This document shows, piece by piece, positions 59,309 through 64,000 of a stretch of DNA of 64,000 nt. The stretch comes from a virus. The notes beneath the pieces are model-generated. The model saw only the letters and a program-made list of their open reading frames with translations, made no database searches and was not told where the DNA came from. A program made the translations under genes and the position numbers. The stretch lies in IMG/VR virus record IMGVR_UViG_3300042474_001633, positions 64,001-128,000 of that record; one strand, 5' to 3'. Positions within the stretch are counted from its first letter, which is position 1. Every line of letters begins with the position of its first letter.

Positions 59309-59926
59309 ATGGCAACACGCCACCTTACACACGACACCGAGACGGCTGTTTTAGAAGTCGCCAAGGACTTTTGGCTTCGTGAGGTCGTGCCCGTGACCGT
59401 ACCGAACGCCTGCATACTGGCTTCTCGTATTCTCACGGTTGCCCTAAACAAGTACGGGGTCGCTGCTAACGCAACCCAACTTGACGCTGTCTGCTGGAAC
59501 GATGAGGGCTACCGCCTACGCAATGACGTAGTTGCTTCCCGAGAGAGCAAGACCGCTTGGTCAGTAGGCGTAATGTCTAAACCGAGTGACCAATGGATTA
59601 CCAATGAGATTGCTTCGGGTCGTAATCCATTTGAGCGAGATTTCTTTGGACACCTTGTAGTGGAGACTGAGCACCACTTCATTGACTTCACTGCTGGTCA
59701 ATTTGACCGCCCTCAACACGGCATCGTGACTGGTTCACCCCTCATCGTGCCCAACTCCCATCTCGTAGAGACAAAAGACGGGTGGAAAGTACCGATTATC
59801 AAGGGCGTCTACACGATTCGTGACGCCAAGTACCCTGCCTCACCACGCAATGCACCCGACTGGCACACGAACTACAAGCGTGATGCCAAGCGACTGATTG
59901 ACGAACTACGCCCATTGTTGGGCTAG
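59309..59926 (+). CDS. hypothetical protein with C..H..D pattern (inverted cassette)
   Basis: NACILASR..GHLVV..IDFTAGQF, a transglutaminase-like triad pattern; TAGCGT-N6-ATG leaderless start. Confidence 0.7.
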   Translation: MATRHLTHDTETAVLEVAKDFWLREVVPVTVPNACILASRILTVALNKYGVAANATQLDAVCWNDEGYRLRNDVVASRESKTAWSVGVMSKPSDQWITNEIASGRNPFERDFFGHLVVETEHHFIDFTAGQFDRPQHGIVTGSPLIVPNSHLVETKDGWKVPIIKGVYTIRDAKYPASPRNAPDWHTNYKRDAKRLIDELRPLLG

Positions 59927-60206
59927 TTCCTCGCTTTTCCCCTTCCGTCTGGCTGATGTCGCGCGCCTACGCTTTGCCGCCGCAACAGCGTGAGAGGAAA
60001 CTAATACGATTTTCTCTCATGGCTTCTTCGGGTGCGGGGCTGTCATGTCTTTCCAGAGTTCTTCTTACGACGGTGGCGGATGAACGGGAATAGCAAAACG
60101 GGCAGACACACTCGCAGTGAGTGCGCCTGCCCGTTAGTCGGGGGTTCGCTGTGTGGTTACTGGCTAAGTATCAGTGCGATAACAAACACGACGATTGCCG
60201 TCGCTA

Positions 60207-60620
60207 TCACTCCGAGTCTTCGTCTAGTGCGTAACGAACGGTGTAGCCACGCCCCATTGGGACATCGTGGTGCGCTAAGTTCAGGTGCAACACTTCTCCC
60301 GATAGTTGCCAGCGCAGACGCCAAGTGTCGTTGACTGTGACCGCACGGATGAAGTCGGGAATGGTTTCCGCTGTGAACTCTCCCGATACCGAACGATTCC
60401 ATAGTGGCAGTCCGTCAATCGTGAAGTTGCAGGTCGGGTTGGCGTCGTACCATCCCTTTATTCCTTCTGTGAAGTGAAAAACGGCAGTCTCCCAGCAATC
60501 GCCATAGCAATAGTCTGCAGGCTCATCCGTGTACTCTTCCCTTATCGGGTCATACTTCATGCAGTCGCAACTGTTTTGGATTACTCCATCCCAGTCACTC
60601 TGTGTTTTGGTTGTTGTCAT
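60207..60620 (-). CDS. hypothetical protein (cassette gene)
   Basis: TTGACA-N17-TATTCT-N6-ATG (60655-60627); terminator at 60095-60135. Confidence 0.75.
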   Translation of the reverse strand: MTTTKTQSDWDGVIQNSCDCMKYDPIREEYTDEPADYCYGDCWETAVFHFTEGIKGWYDANPTCNFTIDGLPLWNRSVSGEFTAETIPDFIRAVTVNDTWRLRWQLSGEVLHLNLAHHDVPMGRGYTVRYALDEDSE

Positions 60621-60928
60621 GCGCTAAGAATAAGACATAAGTAGTACTTTGTCAAGTCATGTCGTGCGTGCTTGTGGTCACGCTTGAGGTTCGGCCGGCA
60701 GTTGGTGTCGCCCCAGCCGGCAACCGGACTCTCAGTCGCACGCCGGCTCTCCGGACGCGGGGGCAAGCTGCGGGGCTGTCAAGTCCGACGGCATCTTCTA
60801 CCTTCTGACGGTGGCGTATGAGCCGACACGAGCAACAACGGCGAACGGGTACGAACGACAACGGGCGCACCTACCGAATTGGTAGATGCGCCCGTGTTGG
60901 GGGTTGGTTTGGGGATTTGGCTAGTGCA

Positions 60929-61300
60929 TTACTTCCAAGTAGATAGGTCAAGCACCACTTCTGCGAGTTGGTCGCAGTAGATGTGCGACTGTTCCGCTTC
61001 TACGACTTCCGTGTGTGCCATTTTCCCTGTTTGTATGTAGCGGATACGCTTGACTATGTAGGTGTCTGAATAATCAAGCACCACTTCTATGCGTCGGGTT
61101 GAGGTAATCGGCAGGATTACGCCGACTGTCTCGCCTTCCTTATCTTCTAGGCAAGCCATACGCCCGCCCGATACGGCAAGCACTACCATTTTCCCGATTT
61201 GGTTCATTACTTCGCTAGTGTCGCACGGTCGCCCGTCACGCACTATGCCTATTAGGTGACAAGACGAACTGCCCTTGCCCCATTTGAGTGTGTTTGTCAT
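60929..61300 (-). CDS. hypothetical protein (cassette gene)
   Basis: TTGACA-N17-TACGAT-N6-ATG (61335-61307); hairpin at 60860-60898. Confidence 0.75.
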   Translation of the reverse strand: MTNTLKWGKGSSSCHLIGIVRDGRPCDTSEVMNQIGKMVVLAVSGGRMACLEDKEGETVGVILPITSTRRIEVVLDYSDTYIVKRIRYIQTGKMAHTEVVEAEQSHIYCDQLAEVVLDLSTWK

Positions 61301-61562
61301 AGTTCTATCGTAGGGCAGTTGTGGGTCTTTGTCAAGTTTCTAATCTGTGGTTGTGGTCACGGCGCAGGTTTCTGCTCTCAGGTTGCGAGGTTCTCCGCCG
61401 CTGCCGCCAGACGGCGACTGGGACTGGGGGCGTTGGCTAGCGGGGCTGGCGAACGCCCCCAGAGTTCTTCTTACGACGGTGGCGTATGAGTTGCGTGAAT
61501 ACACAAAAAAACCGCCTAGCCATTACGACTAGACGGTCTTTCGGAGGGTGGTTATTCGTTGG

Positions 61563-61775
61563 TCAGTTGCTCACTTCCCAAACTCCTTCTGCTTCATTTA
61601 GAACATTTTCCTCAATGTTCCATTCGCTTTCTTCCCAACGGATTTCTTCTTTCATAATCAGTGCGATTTTGTCTGTAAACTCTCGCATAATCGCTTCCGC
61701 TTGTTCTTTGCTATCCGCTTTTATTTCCGTGATAGCGATAGACAAGTCTGTTGAGTAGTACTTTTCTACGCTCAT
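61563..61775 (-). CDS. hypothetical protein (cassette gene)
   Basis: GGGGG RBS; terminator near 61505-61541. Confidence 0.65.
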   Translation of the reverse strand: MSVEKYYSTDLSIAITEIKADSKEQAEAIMREFTDKIALIMKEEIRWEESEWNIEENVLNEAEGVWEVSN

Positions 61776-61792
61776 TTCCCCCCTTTCTTTTA

Positions 61793-61978
61793 CTAGTTTT
61801 TAGGACAGTCCTCGTATGGGTTTTCATTACCCTCGTTATCCTCGCACGGACACCAACCGAATAGTCCTACTTGTGTTTCGTGCGTGAGTTCGGCTAAGTC
61901 TCCCCAAGACGGCGAGCCACCGAGTTGGTCTATGACCAAACTCCAATAGTCCACGAATAGTTTTTCTTTTCCGTTCAC
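61793..61978 (-). CDS. hypothetical protein (cassette gene)
   Basis: TTGACT-N17-TAAAAT-N7-GTG (62014-61986). Confidence 0.65.
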   Translation of the reverse strand: MNGKEKLFVDYWSLVIDQLGGSPSWGDLAELTHETQVGLFGWCPCEDNEGNENPYEDCPKN

Positions 61979-62405
61979 TATTGTTATTTTAGGACATAAG
62001 TATCCCTAAGTCAAGTTTTGTGGCAACAGTCACATTACATTCCTCGGCGCAGCGAACCTCAATAAGTATGAGAGAGAGGAAGTTATGCCAACGGACGACA
62101 ACCGAACATACGAACAGATAGCAACCGAGACTTGCGAGTTGATTTGCGCTCTACAAGACGCTGTTGGGGTTCTTTTCCCTTGGCGTATGTATGACTGCGA
62201 CAAGATAACTGTATCCAACGACACCATCAAGTTGCTTCTCGAAGCCATCAAGGACTGAACCTGCTCGACCGGACATCCGGTTTTGTAATCCAGCGGGGCT
62301 GGCAAGTCCCTGCCTGAGTTCTTCTTTTGACGGTGGCGGATGACGGGCAAAAAAATAAGGGGCGCACCTGCCTTTCAGCAAGTGCGCCCCTTTGGGGGTT
62401 GGCTA

Positions 62406-62798
62406 TCAGTAAGCGAGTGTGCGAGTGAGCAAATCTTTTACTAGGGCGTTGTTATCAACCCAGTGGTCAATGTTGCGAACTACCTGAGCCTCAAACTCGG
62501 CAAACGACTTATCGCCATAGCGCCCAACTGGGTTGGTGTGGATTACCTGCGCTGGATACTCAGGGTTGAATACCTCAAACGCAGTGACGGTGAACCCTAC
62601 GCTCGGTTGCCATACGACACGGCGTATCGTTGCTTCGTACTGCTTGCGCTTGGAGTTGTGGCTGAACTCAAGTTCTACCTGCTCACCCCATAGGTCTGTC
62701 TCGCCCATGCGCTGAATGTTCAGGTCTTGCGACTGCCAGACATAAGTAACCTTTCGGTCACGCTCTTGGCGCTTCGCTCGTGGGAATACTGTAATCAC
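62406..62798 (-). CDS. hypothetical protein (cassette gene)
   Basis: TTGACA-N18-TACACT (62856-62827), AAGGAG RBS, terminator at 62349-62393. Confidence 0.75.
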   Translation of the reverse strand: MITVFPRAKRQERDRKVTYVWQSQDLNIQRMGETDLWGEQVELEFSHNSKRKQYEATIRRVVWQPSVGFTVTAFEVFNPEYPAQVIHTNPVGRYGDKSFAEFEAQVVRNIDHWVDNNALVKDLLTRTLAY

Positions 62799-63062
62799 TT
62801 GCTCTCCTTTTCTAGTAGGTGAGGTAAGTGTACCTGCTATGGCATACGACTGTCAAGTTGTTGCGCTGGTCGTGCGTCACACACGGCTGGCGAGGCGAGT
62901 TGGCTGCGAAGGTCGCACCTGACGACGGCTGCGGCGACGGGGACATCACTCGGCGGCCCCGCGCCCGCCGACCAACCCGCGTTCTTCTTCTACCCGACGG
63001 TGGTGGATGAATAGAAAAAGCCCCCACCCACATTTCTGCGGATGGGGGCTAGTTCGTGGGGA

Positions 63063-63473
63063 TTACTTTGTAGCGAACGCACCTTCGTATCGGTGTTCAC
63101 CAATAAAAGAGATGGCTTTGTCGCCCTCTATCTTGTAAGCGAAGATGGCTTTGTCGCCAAGTACATAGACATACTCTGCCCATGCGAACTCGGTGTCACT
63201 CTGCGTGAACCACTTTACTGATGTTATGTCGTTGTGTGCTTCGCCATACCCTTCCACTACCTTCCACTCGGTTTCACGAGTTTCGTAGTTCGGGTCAATG
63301 ACAGACCATGAAAGGTTGTCGTGGAGAAGTGTCTGTCGGACTTTCTCTACGCCGTCACGGATTACGAGTTCCGTGAGTTGGGGTATCTTGACTGATGGGT
63401 AGCCATCCCAATGAGAGTAGCGACCACGCCACCCATCACCGAACGGTTCAGCGATAATGCTACGAGTTGCCAT
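63063..63473 (-). CDS. conserved phage hypothetical (MATRS..Y.HWDGYP family)
   Basis: YSHWDGYPS and AEYVY motifs; terminator at 63015-63050. Confidence 0.75.
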   Translation of the reverse strand: MATRSIIAEPFGDGWRGRYSHWDGYPSVKIPQLTELVIRDGVEKVRQTLLHDNLSWSVIDPNYETRETEWKVVEGYGEAHNDITSVKWFTQSDTEFAWAEYVYVLGDKAIFAYKIEGDKAISFIGEHRYEGAFATK

Positions 63474-63609
63474 TTGCTACTACCTCGCCTTCGGTTTCCC
63501 ATTTGGATACTTCTTCCATGACATCATTGAGCGATTTCATAACAGCGATAATCCTGTCAAATAAATAGTCTTTGATGTCTTTGCTTACGACAACCTTACG
63601 AGTTTCCAT
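63460..63609 (-). CDS. 49-aa hypothetical protein
   Basis: Fills the gap between neighbours with overlaps at both ends (METRKVV...VANGNS). Confidence 0.5.
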   Translation of the reverse strand: METRKVVVSKDIKDYLFDRIIAVMKSLNDVMEEVSKWETEGEVVANGNS

Positions 63610-63826
63610 TTGTTACCACCTTGTCTGATGATGTGTCCCATACGGACACGGGGATTTCTTCGTAACTGTCCAAGCCCTCAATGAGCGAGAGAGTAGAACC
63701 GCAGTCCCAAGTGACTGATAAGACGGTTGCGCCCCAAAAGTCCACAGATTTATTGGTGACAGTTCCCTCGTCGCCCGCTTTCAGGCGGGTGTACGGGTCA
63801 TCCGTTGAGATTAGACGAATACGCAT
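63596..63826 (-). CDS. DUF4314-like protein
   Basis: RIRL...DPY..L..GDEGTV...V.WD.GS.LSLI.G.D. Confidence 0.75.
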   Translation of the reverse strand: MRIRLISTDDPYTRLKAGDEGTVTNKSVDFWGATVLSVTWDCGSTLSLIEGLDSYEEIPVSVWDTSSDKVVTNGNS

Positions 63827-63999
63827 CACAGACCTTTGAGAAGTTCTGCTGGCTTTACGCCTACGGCTTCACACAAACGGAACAAGGTGTCAAGGTTTGG
63901 TGCGAAGTGTCCGTTCTCAATGCGGTTCACGGTCTTGCGGTCAATGCCTGACGCTTTTGCGAGTTCCTCTTGCGTTAGTTCGTTTTCCAGTCGCAGTTC
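63826..63999 (-). CDS. XRE/Cro-family HTH regulator, 5'-partial
   Basis: Hand translation: LTQEELAKASGIDRKTVNRIENGHFAPNLDTL. Confidence 0.85.
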   Translation of the reverse strand, partial: ELRLENELTQEELAKASGIDRKTVNRIENGHFAPNLDTLFRLCEAVGVKPAELLKGL

Positions 64000-64000
64000 G

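Larger units (their letters stand above)
57782..63010 (+). repeat. 8 co-oriented dispersed repeats CGGGGCT-N24-29-GACGGTGGCGGATGA separating gene cassettes
   Basis: 15-mer cores start at 57816, 58479, 59175, 60069, 60807, 61475, 62329 and 62996. CGGGGCT lies 31-36 nt upstream in the first seven copies. Confidence 0.9.

Noticed and set aside
57782-63010. CRISPR array or classical integron
   Set aside because: Spacing is 660-900 bp with whole genes between repeats. No cas genes, integrase or attC RYYYAAC/GTTRRRY ends were recognised.

Overview
This window is part of a large tailed-phage genome. The host is probably actinobacterial, based on a WhiB gene, an MSMEG_6728-type glycosylase, a CGAAC-N4-GTTCG LexA box and many leaderless sigma70-type promoters. 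It has three zones. (1) 1-36.2 kb, + strand, is a head module. An HK97-type prohead protease (5'-partial) and the HK97 major capsid gene are about 32 kb apart, and the gap holds very large multidomain ORFs (2026, 2129 and 3915 aa, among others). These ORFs carry recognisable enzyme domains: zincin, DEDDh exonuclease, OGFr-like, Nudix, sigma-r4-like HTHs, an HPD-less J-domain, a zeta-like kinase and ART-like folds. About 18 copies of a protein-level motif, [IV]-[STAV]-G-x-M, fall between those domains. The simplest reading is virion-packaged polyproteins that are cut into effectors. (2) 36-57 kb holds nucleotide-metabolism and replication genes: class II RNR, thioredoxin, primase-helicase, WhiB, DUF932, MazG, PAPS-reductase-like, SNF2/HARP helicase, and two tRNAs that could both read AUA. 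(3) 57-64 kb is an array of self-contained promoter-gene-terminator cassettes. They are separated by 8 co-oriented copies of a bipartite repeat (CGGGGCT...GACGGTGGCGGATGA), with CRP-like boxes near -53 and a tandem array of 7 such boxes. All product calls come from motifs read by eye; no database searches were run.
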